Source of the DNA: the human T2T-CHM13v2.0 reference genome, Homo sapiens
Strand: one strand, 5' to 3'
Length of the DNA: 64,000 nucleotides
Assembly (NCBI RefSeq): GCF_009914755.1
Contig: NC_060926.1
Every line of letters starts with the position of its first letter. Position 1 is the stretch's first letter. The notes below the pieces were generated by a model. It saw only the letters and a program-made list of their open reading frames with translations. It searched no databases and had not been told where the DNA came from. Both the position numbers and the translations under genes were made by a program. This document shows, piece by piece, positions 19,873-36,448 of the stretch.

Positions 19873-20164
19873 AGAAAAGAACAAGACCTTCAATTTCACA
19901 CCCTTCATAGTAAATCAGGATCAGTGTCTAAGTGTGAATAATTAATGGCATCTGGTCCAGGAACAAATCATTTTGCTATCAAAGACTATTTGTTTCTCAT
20001 ATAGATGTCTGTACCCATACATATAAGGGTAGCTGAATTACAAAATTAACCTCAGGAAATTATCGAGCCTTTCTAAGTGGCTCGCGGAGTCTTCTATGAT
20101 CCCTGGTCCCACTATGTACATATCTACCTAAGGTATATTACAGTTATTCTTTGTCTATTTTAAT

Positions 20165-20290
20165 TGCTAGATTGCAATTTCTTCAGGATAGGGCCTGTCT
20201 TTTGTATTCCTGGAGATAAGTACTCAATGCAATTCCTGGTATATAGTAGTTACTCAATATATAGTAGCCAAATATATGTCTGAGTTGTTA
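20165..20290 (+). mobile_element. L2 3' fragment
   Basis: ctagattgcaatttcttcagg...cctggtatatagtagttactcaata. Confidence 0.5.
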
Positions 20291-20413
20291 CATTGTAGGT
20301 TCAATTAGATCCAAAAAATAGAATTTTTTTTAGTAAAATAAAAGTGTTATAATAATTGCAGGTGAGATTAAAAGAAAGTGGACAGTCTTGAAGGATATCT
20401 TCCAGACTCAAGT

Positions 20414-20473
20414 CACATTGTGCACATGTACCCTAAAACTTAAAGTATAATAATAATAATAATAATAGTAAAA
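20414..20473 (+). mobile_element. Ultra-short young L1PA 3' end with (TAA)n tail
   Basis: cacattgtgcacatgtaccctaaaacttaaagtataataataat... is the terminal ~35 nt of young L1PA. Confidence 0.85.
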
Positions 20474-22446
20474 GAGTTAAATCCCCAGGTGCCAAGTTTC
20501 CCTGCTTCGGACAGTCCTGAATATATATTCTGCAAAATTTACTTTTCAGTTTTCTACTTTGCTCTCCCTATCACTCTTCTCTTGATATATTTCTTTAGCT
20601 TTACCTGTGTGATTCAAGAATGCATTTAAAGAAGCCCCTTTATGCCAGTCCACATTGCATAAGAGAATACTTTAGAGACAGAACTATATACATTCCTGCT
20701 GGGCTATCCAGCAGTGATTGTGTAAAACATTAATGAATCCTTTTTGCTTTTCACCCTGGAAGACCAAATGCACATCTGTTGCCAGACACCTTGGTGTATG
20801 GCACATTTAAAGTAACTGCACCAGAAAAATGGAACCATTCCAGCTGCTCTCCACCTTTGCCAAAAATGTGCCAGTCATTTTGCTTAATGTGGTAGTGAAA
20901 AGACAGATATACAGATGTAAAGATCAAAATAAGTTGAAGTTGTAATTTATTTATATAGAAAAAAATAAGATTTGATACATTCCACGATGTTTTTGGTAAG
21001 TTACTTTGTCCTAAGTAGATTCAGTGGTTATCTGGCCATGTCTTTCCAAAGTTGGGTTTTAATATCTATTTTATTTAATAATTGATAAATAGTTTCATTT
21101 ATAATCAATTATCATCATCTTCTAAAGAATTGCAGTTTCCTAGCTTAAAGGAAAGAGTTAAAGTTTGTGTTCCAGTTAATAGCTGCTTTCTGTGTTGGAT
21201 GCAAATATTACACCAGTGACTTATTTCATTATTTAGATAATCTTCACCTGCAATAAACTTTAGTCCAGGCAGCTAATGTTCCCATAATGTTTTCTGAGAG
21301 AAGCTAATGTTAGAAGCCTCTAACCATATTTGCAAATAAATCCATGTGTCATGACACTCAAATGATTGGTCCAGAGAAGCTAATGACTTTGGTGACTTTT
21401 GTGGCATAGATTTCAGACAGTAATTTTTAGAGAGCATAAAGATTAAGAAGAAGAGAAACTAATCACCTATTCCTACAGTCTCATATTTTTAAAGACCTTG
21501 AAAGATAATGATCTGCATACCATGCAACTACAGTGATCCTAAATTACTTCATCTAAATTCAAGGTGGTAACATTAAATATCAGATTTTATTTTTATTTGT
21601 TTTACATGTTATTTAAAATCAGCATTGGGGGAGTAGGTCACTCATTCTGAAAGAATAATGGAGGACAGAAAATTACATAGAAATTATTTTCAGAGTATTT
21701 TAAACTCATTGGTTTGATATGTATAAAAATTACTCTCCAAACAACTAACTGAATGTGACATGGACAAACATTTGGTAAAAGTAGAATGAATGCCTGTTTT
21801 TTTTTTTTAAAAAAATGCAAATAAGCCTGGATTTCCCACACTCTCTTTGCCTTAAATAGTGAACCAAATATGTTTAGTATTTCCAAATTAAAAGTCACAA
21901 TTATTTTCTGTATGGTTCAATTTCTTACCAGAATTATTTATTGACATTATGAAAACAAACACTTTTTCTTCACACAACCAAAGGCAAATGGAGGCCTATT
22001 TCAGTGGGGTTTAGACATCAGTTATAGTGTCTGAGCCCTTTTAAGTTTGTGTGTTTCTGTGTGTATGTTTTTATGCTAATGGTTTCTCATATAAAATGGA
22101 AAATTGCTTATTGTGACACTTATATTGAGAATAAACCCGTTATATTGAAAAGATGAGGTCATTTGGTTACTAATGACCTGTAACTTCATTTTTGATCCAA
22201 AAATGTCCTCTGAATTTCATACAAGCAACTGTGTATTTGCCATTGTCAACTAGATGCTTAAGTCCACTTCAAACTAAAAATATCCAAAATAAAACACGTG
22301 CTTTCCCTGCCCACCACTCTCCTCCTCTAATCAAAGCTGTCAGACAACTATTACGTCTTCAAAGTATTCTCTCTGCCTATATACTCATGCTGCCTTCCAA
22401 TTTTTTTCACTTTCTACTGTCTGAACCATCTTTTAAAGATGCAACT

Positions 22447-23057
22447 CTCCTTGAAGAGGTCTTTCACATCCCTTGTAAGTTGTATTCCTAGGTATTTTAT
22501 TCTCTTTGTAGCAATTATGAATGAGAGTTCACTCATGATTTGGCTCTCTGCTTGTCTGTCATTGGTGTAGAGGAATGCTTGTGATTTTTGCTCATTGATT
22601 TTGTATCCTGAGACTTAGCTGAAGTTGCTTATCAGCTTAAGGAATTTTGGGGCTGAGATGATGGGGTTTTCTAAATATACAATCATGTCATCTACAAACA
22701 GAGACAATTTGACTTTCTCTCTTCCTATTTGAATATCCTTTATTTATTTCTCTTGACTGATTGTCCTGGCCAGAACTTCCAATGCTGTGTTGAATAGGAG
22801 TGGTGAGAGAGGGCATCTTTGTCTTATGCCGGTTTTCAAAGGGAATGCTTTCAGCTTTTGCCCATTCAGTATCATATGGGCTATGGGTTTGTTGTAAATA
22901 GCTCTTATTATTTTGGTATATGTTCCATCAATACCTAGTTTATTGAAAGTTTTTAGCATGAAGCGGTGTTGAATTTTATTGAAGTCCTTTTCTGCATCTA
23001 TTGAGATAATCATATGGTTTTTGTCACTGGTTCTGTTTATGGGATGGATTACATTTT
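22447..23057 (-). mobile_element. L1PA internal ORF2 (reverse transcriptase) fragment without tail
   Basis: ORF 22744-23013 [30 protein letters not shown]. Confidence 0.92.
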
Positions 23058-23517
23058 TGAAGAAAAAGTCCCTTCCATATAATCCGTGTGTACACTTTTA
23101 TTTTTTCCCTTAATCATACTTATTAGTTTGTAATACAGTTACTGTTTGATCACTTGTATACTACTAAAAATTATAAGGATAACTCTGCCCAGAAACATTT
23201 TTAACACCTCAATCTTTAGAGTCACAAGAAAGAAAAATTATATAAATATGTGGTTATAATGTCTGTTGTGAAGAATGACATACTAATCAATAAAAATTTT
23301 TCAAGCATGAAAAAAAAGGTGCAAATCTGATCATGTGTGGTGTTCTGGGGTTTCAGGTGTTCCTCATTAATCAGTTTCCACAGGAGTAACCATTTCTCTT
23401 GACTCAGATTTTCATCAAAGATGAATCTTAGGCACTATCTGAACTTCAAGCAGTCTCTTCTGCAGCACTCTTATAAAATGGGTGGCATAAGCACACCAGA
23501 TACAGTCAGAATGTCAG

Positions 23518-25965
<2,448 letters not shown>

Positions 25966-26389
25966 TAATTCCTATGATGTCAGCAAAGACCAGGGAGGAT
26001 ACTCCCAATGGGACAAGATTCTCCATAGAGAAGGCACAACATGTTCTCTGTATGTGAGATTAATTTGCTGTAGCTGAAGTTCAAGAAGATTTTACTGCAT
26101 ATTTCCAGCTTTTTGAGTCTCATCTTTATTATGAGTAATTATCCAGAATTCCTTCCTCATTGTTATGCCCAGAGACTTCTATTAATTAGCTAATAGCCTG
26201 GGAATTCATTTAAGGGGTTTATTTACCTGATATAAGAAAAGCCACGCAACTCAGTATTAATCTTTTCTCCATGACTGTATCATATCTGATGACTTTAAAT
26301 TGCTCTTAAGACAAGAAAAACAGATCTTACAATGCCTATGACCTTTTAAAATTTCCAAACAGTTTTATGCTTCCTTTAGCTTCCGCAAC

Positions 26390-26680
26390 CTTGCAAATGC
26401 CACTACACTTTACCTATGATATTCTCCTCTAATTTCCTCTAGTTAGTGCATCCTTCAGGTCTCAAGTTTAAGTCATTTCCATGTATGACATCATGTTTCC
26501 ATATTGTACGTGTCAGAGCACTCTTCTACAACAAATTATTCACTGCTATGTTTATATGTGTCTTCTAATTGATGTCCCTCTCTACCATTAGAATGCAAAT
26601 TTCATGAGGCACAAGCCATGTATATTATGTTCATGGTACCTTGTACAAACCAGTGATCAATAAATATTTGTTAAATAGTT
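26390..26680 (+). mobile_element. L2 fragment
   Basis: catccttcaggtctcaag...ccattagaatgcaaatttcatgaggc...tcaataaatatttgtt. Confidence 0.55.
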
Positions 26681-29234
26681 CAATTAATTTAAACAAAAGG
26701 ACAAAAAATAGCTGGATACTATAAATTTTTAAGCATACTTATAAAATGCAAAAATGTAATATCTGCACTCAAAGCAAAATTTATTATAGGCAGTTAAATA
26801 TTTAAAAAAGTGCCCTATTAACATTTTAAAAATGCTAATTAGAATATGAAACAATAAAATGGGAATTATCAGAATTGTCCAAATAATGAAGCACCCTAAT
26901 GTTAGCTTTCATCTATAAAGTTTTATTAACAGTTTTCATTTTTGAGGATAAAATATATTATAGGAATAAAATGTTTCTACCACATCCAACTGTTTTCAAA
27001 ATGTTAGTGGTATCAATGTCTTTGTTTCACAGGTTTCATCAAAGACTGAAGTGACTGAAATATTTATGTCATTTAAGGTGCATTGATAGAGGGCTCCAGT
27101 CAGGGCTTACCATTATATTAAAATTTCGCTAAGGAAAATATTTTTATAAAACATGTGTAAATCTGTATTAGAGAGACACATAATATGAACTTTAGATAAT
27201 CCACTTTGTGAATCACTTTTTTTTTTAAAGGCTATTTTCATGAAATACAGTTTCGAGCGCTATTCTCTCCCTCCAATGAGGAAAAATTAGATAAATATAT
27301 GTAGGGCATTTGAAAAACTAATTCATGTGGACTATTTCAGTTTTATGATAGCAGAAGCCAAAAGGGATTTAAACAAATAGTTCTTTTTTCTGCTTTCCTC
27401 TTCTGTGTTAAGGATTCATTTCACAATACTATTGAAGCCTATTTCAGTACACAACCAAATGCTCAAGTGACTTATGAAGTAACATTTAATGTCAAAAAAA
27501 CGTCATTGTCCAGTGCAAAATCAATGGCCTGGTCGAGTTAAAGACATATTTTAAATCTGATTACATTAGATGGCAACTCTAATGAGAACATGTAACAACT
27601 ATTATCCTGTTAGACATAATTTCAATCACGAATGTCAGACATCATTAATTTTGATTGCTTGGGGATTTAGAAATTCATTTTTATGAAATATTGTTTTGTG
27701 AAATACTGGGAAGAGTTTTTTATTTATTTCCCAGTATTAGCGTTAGGAAGGGGAGAAAGGTGTTGCAGTCTACTGAATTACAGAAAATAAGAAAGGTCAA
27801 GGTAAAAGCTATGCCAATAGCAAACTGAATCCTAGGAAGATATAAAATGGCCTTTAAGAAGAAGTTGAGCACTATATCAGAAATAAGGTAATTATTTGGT
27901 CATATTATAATATAAGAGAAATCACTTAGATTAAAATATGCAACCTAGATTCATTCATAAACCAAATCTTAAAATGATGCCTGTCTTTTGGCAAGTAGTC
28001 AATAATACTTTTATGAATGAAATGAACATTACAGATGTTATAATATTTGTATCTTCTAATGTTAAAGCTACATTAATCCTGCCAAGCCAATAGAATAAGA
28101 GTTTTGTGTTTTTCAAGGAAAAAATAATTTCTTATAAATACAAGTACTAATATAATTTGTTACATATGATTTCAGAATTTGACCAAAATGCTTCTACCTG
28201 ATAATTTGGCACTATTTAAAGATATAGAACCTTGGAGTTTTTATTTCTTAAGTGTTTGAATTTGTATAATTCTCAAATCTATTGGTTTTTTACTTTCTCT
28301 TACTCTTTTCTATGTACTTTATAGGTAATAGCATTCAATTTATTTTTAGGAACAGCTATAAATTGCTTAACAATTTCTGCCCACATACTTTTTATTACTA
28401 AACTAGAATCTTTCCCACAGAGAAAGATATTGTGTTATGACTAAGTGGTGTGTGAAACAAAAAATATGGATATTGATTTTTGAACTTCAAACCCACCATT
28501 TTAGAAAAGTAAAGAGGTTGACATCTAAGCACAATATATTCTCTCATTTCTGGTGACCACAACTCCCAATTACAAAATGAGGTTGTCCCAGGTTCCATTA
28601 TAAATTTCCTTCAGAGTTTATAAGTCAGCTATAAAACATACTCTGAAGCAGAAACTTAACACATGGGGATTAGGCTTGGGAGTGCTTTATTTTTAATTCA
28701 AATTTAGTTTGAATTTGTTCAGCTATTTCTAAGTGACAGGACATAATAAAAGTGAATATGGGAATGCAGCATGCCTTTTTTGCATTTCTATAACTAGGAA
28801 ATTAATTTCTTTTATAAAATATAATTTTTTCAGGTCATTGATTGGAGACATGATTTTATTGTTTGAGGGAGAAATATCAACAATTGCTATTAAATAAATA
28901 AGCAAGAAACCAACAGTGAAACACAGATGATAAAAAATTAGAATATGTAGTGTCTCCCCATAGCATTTATTTTTATGATTAACAAGTCCCTATATAGCCA
29001 CTATCAGTATATCAGGTAGATAAATAAATTTTCTGTTAAAATAACTTTGAATGCAAAAAATGTATACCAAACCTAGAAGAAATGAAAAATGCTCACTAAC
29101 AGATTTTCAGGGTTTTGTACTTAAGATAATTTAAAAGTCAGTTTACTAAGGTCACTCAAACTATGTAATCCAGCAGCAATATCAGCATAATAACTCATCA
29201 ATGTTATACATATTATAATTTTATGTATGTGATA

Positions 29235-29670
29235 TAATTGGCCCTTGAACAACATAGGTTTGAATTGCACAGGTCCACTTACACACAGATTTTCTTCTGC
29301 CTCTGCCACCCCTGAGATGACAAATTCAACCCCTCCTCTTCCTTCTCCTCAATGTTAAGACAGTGAAGAATAAGACGATTGTAATGATCTATTTCCATGA
29401 AATGGATAGTAAATATATTTTATCTTCCTTATAATTTTCTTAATAACATTTTCTTTTCTCTAGCTTACTTTAATGTAAGAATGAAGTATTTTATATATAT
29501 ATATAATAAAATGCACAAAATTATGTTAATCGACTATGTTGTGGGTAAGTCTTCTGGTCACCAATAGACTATTAATAATTCAGTTTTGGGGAAATCAAAA
29601 GTTATTTGTAGCTATTTTACTGCACTGGGGGTTGGTGCCATTAATTCCTATGTTGTTCAGGGGTCAACTG
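29235..29670 (+). mobile_element. Tigger2a/MER28 (Tc1-mariner MITE)
   Basis: TIRs taattggcccttgaacaacatagg / cctatgttgttcaggggtcaactg, TA on both sides; ctctgccacccctgaga internal motif. Confidence 0.88.
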
Positions 29671-30519
29671 TATAATGTTATGCTTATGGATATATATTTC
29701 CTCAACTTTACATCTGTATTGGAGTTGTCAATTTGGAAAAAAATAATTATACAAATTACAAAAGTAAAAATGCAAATTATAATTTCTCTTTCATTTTGAG
29801 GTTGCATAATAATATTTCATTTAATTTTTTCTAGACCTAAGCTTAATAAGGGAACTGTTTTGAATTATTTATTTAGGAATTGAGGGTAGTTTAACTGTGC
29901 CACACTCTGTTTTTCTCACCCAGCAGTAGTTGTATCTAATTATGAATAATGGGTTAACATTATAGTCACTGACTGTGAAACAGAGAAGGTTTCAAGGACT
30001 AAGAATGAAGTTGATCAGTTCGGTCTCTGAACCTTGAGTTTACTGTCTATAATCTTCTAGACACTAACATTAATCCTTTTCAAGTACCACATAAGTTAGA
30101 ATTTTGCCTGGGTTTTTGTGGATCTACACTCTTGCTGCCCCTCCATTTCCTGTATTACCTGCATTATCAGCTTATATCTAGTTTTCTACTTCATGATCTT
30201 AGACACAGCCTGAAATGTATTTAAAATTTGGCTTGGATAACTTCTGTTATCTAATGTTGCCACAGGTGCATTGGTTACAATTTCTGCCCTCCTACATTCA
30301 GTTAGTAGAGTTTTCTCCTCGTCAGCATTGGTTCTGTAGCTTTAACTTTGACATGGATCAGTACAGTGCCTGACCCAAACATCTAAGTCTTCTTGCATCA
30401 CTTATATCTGGATTTACCCATGAAAAACCAGTATGTTTTGAGAAAGGCAGAGGAACAAAAAGATTTATGTTGGTGTTTTAACTTTTTGGTACAACAGTAG
30501 AATCCTAGGACTTTGTCAG

Positions 30520-30880
30520 CCTTGATTTATATTTTATATGGGATTTTTCATGTATTCTTTTGAGTAACAATAGCTGTAATTATTTTTTCCACAACATCTT
30601 TGTACAATTTTGTAACCATGATGAAGAAGCTATAAGACAAGTTGTCAACTATTTCCTGTCTATTCTCTGGAAGTGTTTACCTAAGATTAATATTAATTCA
30701 TTCATAAATGGTTGATAAAACTGTCTTGTGAAATCACCTACTTTGGAGTTCTCTATGTGGATAATTTTATTATTTAGTTTGTTTGATTTGCTTGTTTTTA
30801 TTAAGGATTTAATTTTCTTAGAAGTTATGGAAGAATTAAGATTTCCTACTTCTGTTAAATTTGTTAAGTGCGCTTTTGTT
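30520..30880 (-). mobile_element. Old L1M(E) ORF2 fragment
   Basis: tattctctggaagtgttt...aaaactgtcttgtgaaatcacct...ttggagtt resembles antisense old L1. Confidence 0.5.
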
Positions 30881-31219
30881 GGACCAATAGAAAAAATAAA
30901 ATGAGTTCAATTATATTGATTTTCTGTAAAGAAAACATTCCATTGTGAATCACAGTTTCAGCTAGCAAGTATAACCAGTTAAGTTGTGATATACTATTTT
31001 TAGTGCCAACTAGGAAGTATTGTCTTAAGCTAGTAATTTATAATATCTAAATATATGCTTGACCAAAAAAGTTGTATATACAGACCTAAAATACCTACAT
31101 AGAACAAAGGTAGCTGCGTTGGAGCCAGGTTGTACAATTTTTTGTAACCCGTATGCTTGAGACATTTGAAGCACTAACCAATAAATATGTTATTAGGCAA
31201 TTGAAACACTTTATAAACG

Positions 31220-31362
31220 GAAAGGTAAATGTGTCTATATCTGAGGTTTTCAACCATACTCCAAACCAATTAAACAAGGATCTTAGGAGTAGAGACTTGC
31301 CATCTGTGTTTGTGGAAATTCCTAGATTATATTAACGTAAAGCCAAATTTGAAAAACATTGA
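31220..31362. mobile_element. MER5-like hAT MITE fragment
   Basis: ccaattaaacaaggatcttaggagt...atctgtgttt...agccaaatttgaaaaacattg. Confidence 0.45.
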
Positions 31363-31479
31363 TATTGATGGATCGATAAGTGATTACTGTCAAGACAAAA
31401 ATGTATAGGTTTGAAGCACCAGGTGTTTGTTCTAGACTATCACAAGTTCAAATTAAAGTATGGAATGGGAATTCAATCT

Positions 31480-31960
31480 TCATGTTTCATTAATACTGTT
31501 GTTGAATAGTTACTATTATCTGAGACTAATAGAAACACTGGGAATGAAGCAGTGAACAAAGAGTCTTAACTCCTTGTTTCATGGAGTATATATTTGGATT
31601 ATAGTAAAGAAGGAGTAATAAACAGGAAAATTTGGTATTAATAAGTGTTATATTATACATAGAGATATTTGAGTGAAGAGGTATATGCTGTAGATGGAAG
31701 ATGAAGAAAGCCTATCTGAGTGGTTAAGAATTTATGTTTAAGGAATGAGAAAGAGAATGTAGTGAGAGTGGATTGTAGCAAGAAAAGATGGCACAACAGC
31801 AGGCACAAGTTACCTCATAACAAGACTATTGTTCAAACTAATGTGAATTTAGGTCTCATTTGAGGTTTTCCCTTTGGGAGAGGGTACAGTTTCATTTGCA
31901 CCAAAACCATGAGGCCATCTTGGGTATAATGCAGAGAATAAATTAAAGAGAAATCAGAAA
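31480..31960 (-). mobile_element. L2 fragment
   Basis: ttgaatagttactatta...cactgggaatgaagcagtgaacaaa...catggagtatata antisense L2. Confidence 0.55.
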
Positions 31961-32051
31961 AGAAGGAAGAAGATTAATTGACATGATATTCATGTGCTCA
32001 TATGTGGTTTTGTCTTGTATTACGGTGAAAAGCATCAGTGATGAAAATAGA

Positions 32052-32469
32052 TGTGTTTTAGTCCACTCACATTGCTATAATGGGATACTTGAGTTTAAGC
32101 AGTTTAATAAGAACAGAGGTTTATTTGGCTCACTGTTCTGCAGACTGCACAAGAAGCAGAGGACCAGCATCTGTTTCTTGTGAGGGCGACCAGATGCTTC
32201 CACTAATGGTGGAAAGGGAAAGTGAGCCTGTGTGTGAGGTCACATGGCTAGAGGGGAAGCAAGACAGAGATGGAAGGGAGGTGCCAGGCTCTTTTTAACA
32301 ACCAGCTCTGGTGGGAGCCAGAATTTACCCATTACCTTGAGGATGGCACTAAGCATTTATGAGGGATCCTTCCCCATGAGCCAAACACCTCACATTATGT
32401 CATACATTCAACAAGGGGGATCATATTTCAACATGAGGTTTGGAGGGGTCAAGTATACAAATCATAGAA
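32052..32469 (-). mobile_element. MSTB-type MaLR solo LTR
   Basis: tgtgttttagtcc...gaggtttatttggctcac...gtgccaggctctttttaacaaccagctct...tttcaacatgaggtttggagggg. Confidence 0.88.
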
Positions 32470-32716
32470 AGGAGGAAGGATGCAGAGTATACTTTGGAAT
32501 TTGAGCTGCCAGAACTTGCTGAGGAATTTTACACAGAGACTGAAAAAAAAAAAAAAAATGGAGTGACTTCTTAGTTTTTAAAATTGTATTTGTTGATTTT
32601 TATTTTTCTTTCCTTCAGCAACAGAATAGGCAAGAAGATGGTAAAGACTAGAGAGGAAAATTAGGTGAAGAAGGTGAAATCAGGAGTGGAATTTTGTTTT
32701 GGCCAGTGTCAAGTTT

Positions 32717-32940
<224 letters not shown>

Positions 32941-33670
32941 CAGTGTCAAGTTTGAGATGCCTAATAGAAACCCAGGCAAAAGTCTCCAGATGGCATTGGA
33001 TATACAATTCTGGATCTCAAACAGACAGAGGCAGGCTAGATGTAGAAGTTATTGAGTCAGATATATTATGCTAATTGAGGCAGACTGCCACTGAGTAAAA
33101 GAGTAAGGGTCATGGAGAAACTATAGGTCATGGGGACTGTGACGATAGGATTGTTGCCCAGAAAATGAAAAGACAAGGCAAAACTGATCGTCTGGGGTCA
33201 GGCTTAGGAGCAAACCCATTCTTGGGAAAAGTTTTGGTAGACTCGGAAATTAGATGTCAAGAAAGTGTTGGAGAAAAATAAGTAACCAGTAAAATTTTGT
33301 GAAGCAACAAAATGTTTAGGTTAAACAGTGAGCAAACAGAAAGACTGTGACTCCTTATGTGGTCTGGAGACTTTGCCTTCTCTTTCCAATGGGGCTGCAG
33401 TCAGTTCTGGAGTGTGACAAATCTATGGCTCAAAAATGAAATAGGGAGCTAGCCAAGAGATTTGTTAACTATATTAATATAGAAATAAGGCTAGACATTG
33501 ACAACAGATTTAGTCACGTAGAATATGTGGGCTGGTCAGATATTCCAGGTGAATATTCAACTTTTCTACTTCATAGAATTCTGTAGACTTAAATACAGGA
33601 ATAGGATTGATTTTGCTGATCAACCAGAAAAATATTTTCTTTGGAGGAAGAGTGCTTACTATAGATGCAA

Positions 33671-33672
<2 letters not shown>

Positions 33673-33713
<41 letters not shown>
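33673..33713. repeat. (CA)n microsatellite
   Basis: About 20 uninterrupted CA units. Confidence 0.98.
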
Positions 33714-33717
<4 letters not shown>

Positions 33718-36082
33718 TTAGCAAAACATAGTGATCCTAGCGCTGGTAAGCAGTGTAATAAAAAACAGAGCAATTAAGTAAAATCAAATTTTCTGCTCAA
33801 TTTGAACTCATTGGCATGTAAAGTCTACTGTATTTTTCCCAAGCTGTGTTTATGTAATTAAAGTGAAGAAAGAAGATTATATTACAGAGTGTGTTTGTGA
33901 CAGTAAAGGGAGTAAAATGTTTTATGAAAACAAATACATAAGAAAAATTCTTTCAAGCTAGGATTTTGTATTGTTTTTGGCATAGTTTCTTTATATAATA
34001 AACAAGCCTTCTGCAGACAGCTGATTGGTTTCTACATTTTTCTTCAAGAAATATCTTAAGAACATTCTTTTTGCACATCAGCATTTTTGAAGCATTTCTG
34101 ATTTATTTCTTGTGAATTACATAGAATCTGTTGCATCATCAGAAAATATTCCAAGCAGAAAAAATTGTTACTTTGCAAGTAGGTGGATGACTGTAGTTTT
34201 GAGGAAATGTTGCACTTCTACATCAGGCCATTTTGGAGGAAGAAAACATATCTGTTGTTTTTCTTTAATTTTTCAGGAAACACCAAATGAGTTTTCAATT
34301 AGTATTCATGAATTGTCTGCACAGGTCAGTAATCAAATTATTTTTTATGTGTCAGCCTACTGAAGAAAAGTAGAAAATCACTGCTTACTTTCATGTAAAT
34401 TCAGTTGTTCAGAGGATTGATAATCTACTTGGGAAGACATAAACCATTCATTTTTTAATTCTTGTCTGCTGGTTATTAATGCTTCCGTTACAGGCAAGAA
34501 AGTGAGCTATTTCTCCAGCTCACAGTTATAGTAAGAGGTATAAGGGACAAAAGAAGCATTATTAAAAACTTCCCACCTGAGATTAGATTTTTTTAAGGCT
34601 TCTCTTAGCCTATACCATGACCAGACATCTCAGAACTTTTAAATTCGTAATCACCTGTATACCATTACTTACATAATTTAAATATGGATCTAGGGACAAA
34701 TGAAGTAGAAATATCTATTTACTTTATGCTGATTTGAGGGAGACGTAAAGTCAAATGTAATTGTAGCATCCAGCAAGAAAAAGGGCTGAGAAAAAACAGT
34801 GCACTGAAAGGCGTGTACCAGGAAACCACAGGCCAACCACTAGTTTAAGCTGTGACTGGAAGCATTGCAGAAGGCTAATGAAAAAAGACTGACCTCTGGG
34901 TAATCCACCACGTACCTAACCTCTCTCTTCATTCCAGCCTTCCTTGTTCAAATGTCACCTGCCATGAATATAGTTGGAGCCATAAGGCTTCTCTTTAGGC
35001 CACACTAGAGTCAATGTACATTGCATTTGCCAGGCTTCTTGACTCCTTCAAGAAGCCCTCACCTCTGCCTTGGACCCCCAACTGTACTGTTGTCCCCACC
35101 AGAAATGTTAAAATAATTGTCCCCTGAAGGACAATGGTGGCAATGCTACAAAGACCTTAGTGTAAGGTTGAAGTATAAAAGGTTCCACTTCCTTGTCCTA
35201 TACTATCTTTAAACTCTTCATAATACTATTAACAAAGTAATTATAGTTGGATGACCTTTATTGATTATCTAGAGGTGAATGACTATTTACATGCAAGCAT
35301 AGCATCAACAAAACAAAAGAAAACAAAACCCCAAGCAAGCCAAAATGCAACGTAATAATTACTATTGGATACCAATATCCCCGCCCCCCTCTCCTTACAC
35401 AGGTGCTCACTGACTCCACTCTTTTCTTAGATCTTGATCAATTGCTATTTTCATAGGTCCCTTATCTTTCTAAAATTTTTGCAAATCTATTCTCTCTTGC
35501 TAGCTGCCTGGACGCTCATAGTTTTGCAAGAACATGAATGATTATTCTCTTTTTTATTGTACAAAATAATTCAGATCTCTCTTCCTTATTCCATTCATTT
35601 AGGATATGTCCAGAAGGCATCATTTCTCTTCACTGAAAAGTTCCATCAGGGTGTTTTCCTAAATAATATAATCTATCTAAGTGTTGTCACTCCCTTGAAG
35701 GTAGAAGATGCCATAGATTGCATTCAATTATTTTTCAAATAATTACATACACATGCAGATATATCTATATCTAGGTCTAGACAGATATAGCTATTGATAA
35801 TATGTGTGTGTAGTTATCTGTAAAATAATACATATAGATATGAAAAAACTCTTGTTCATATTCAAGTACAAATTGCTTCATAGTTAAATGCTCATGTGTT
35901 TGGGTGAACTATAGGTAAACTTACGTGGAGGACTCTTCTTATTGGGCTTCCCACATTTGGAGCAGCTTTTACCTTAGAGCATCTTAAACATCAGTGTTTG
36001 TCCCCTGAAACTGATGGCTAATAGAAGCCTAATTATTCCCATTCTGAGCTCTTTATATGATGTCTTTATGACAGTGCACCAG

Positions 36083-36448
36083 CTGATAATGGTTTGGCTC
36101 CGTGTCCCCACCCAAGCCTCATATAGACTTGTAATCTCCATATGTCAGAGGAGGGGTCTAGTGGGAGGTGATTGGATCATGGGGACAGATTTCCACCTTG
36201 TTGATCTCATGAGATATTATCATTTAAAAGTGTTTGGCCCCTCCCCCTTTTCTCTCTCTCTCTCCTGCTCCACTGTGGTAAGACATGCTTGCTTCCCCTT
36301 CAACTTTACCATGATTATAAGTTTCCTGAGTCCTCCCAGTCATGCTGCCTTAACAGCCTGTCCAATTAAACCTCTTTTCTTCATATTTTCTTCATAAATT
36401 ACTGAGTCTCTGGTAGTTCTTTATAGCAGTGTGAAAACAGACTATGCA
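36083..36448 (+). mobile_element. MSTA/THE1-type MaLR solo LTR
   Basis: tgataatggtttggctccgtgtccccaccc...gggaggtgattggatcatgggg...caattaaacctcttttc...tttatagcagtgtgaaaacagact. Confidence 0.9.
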
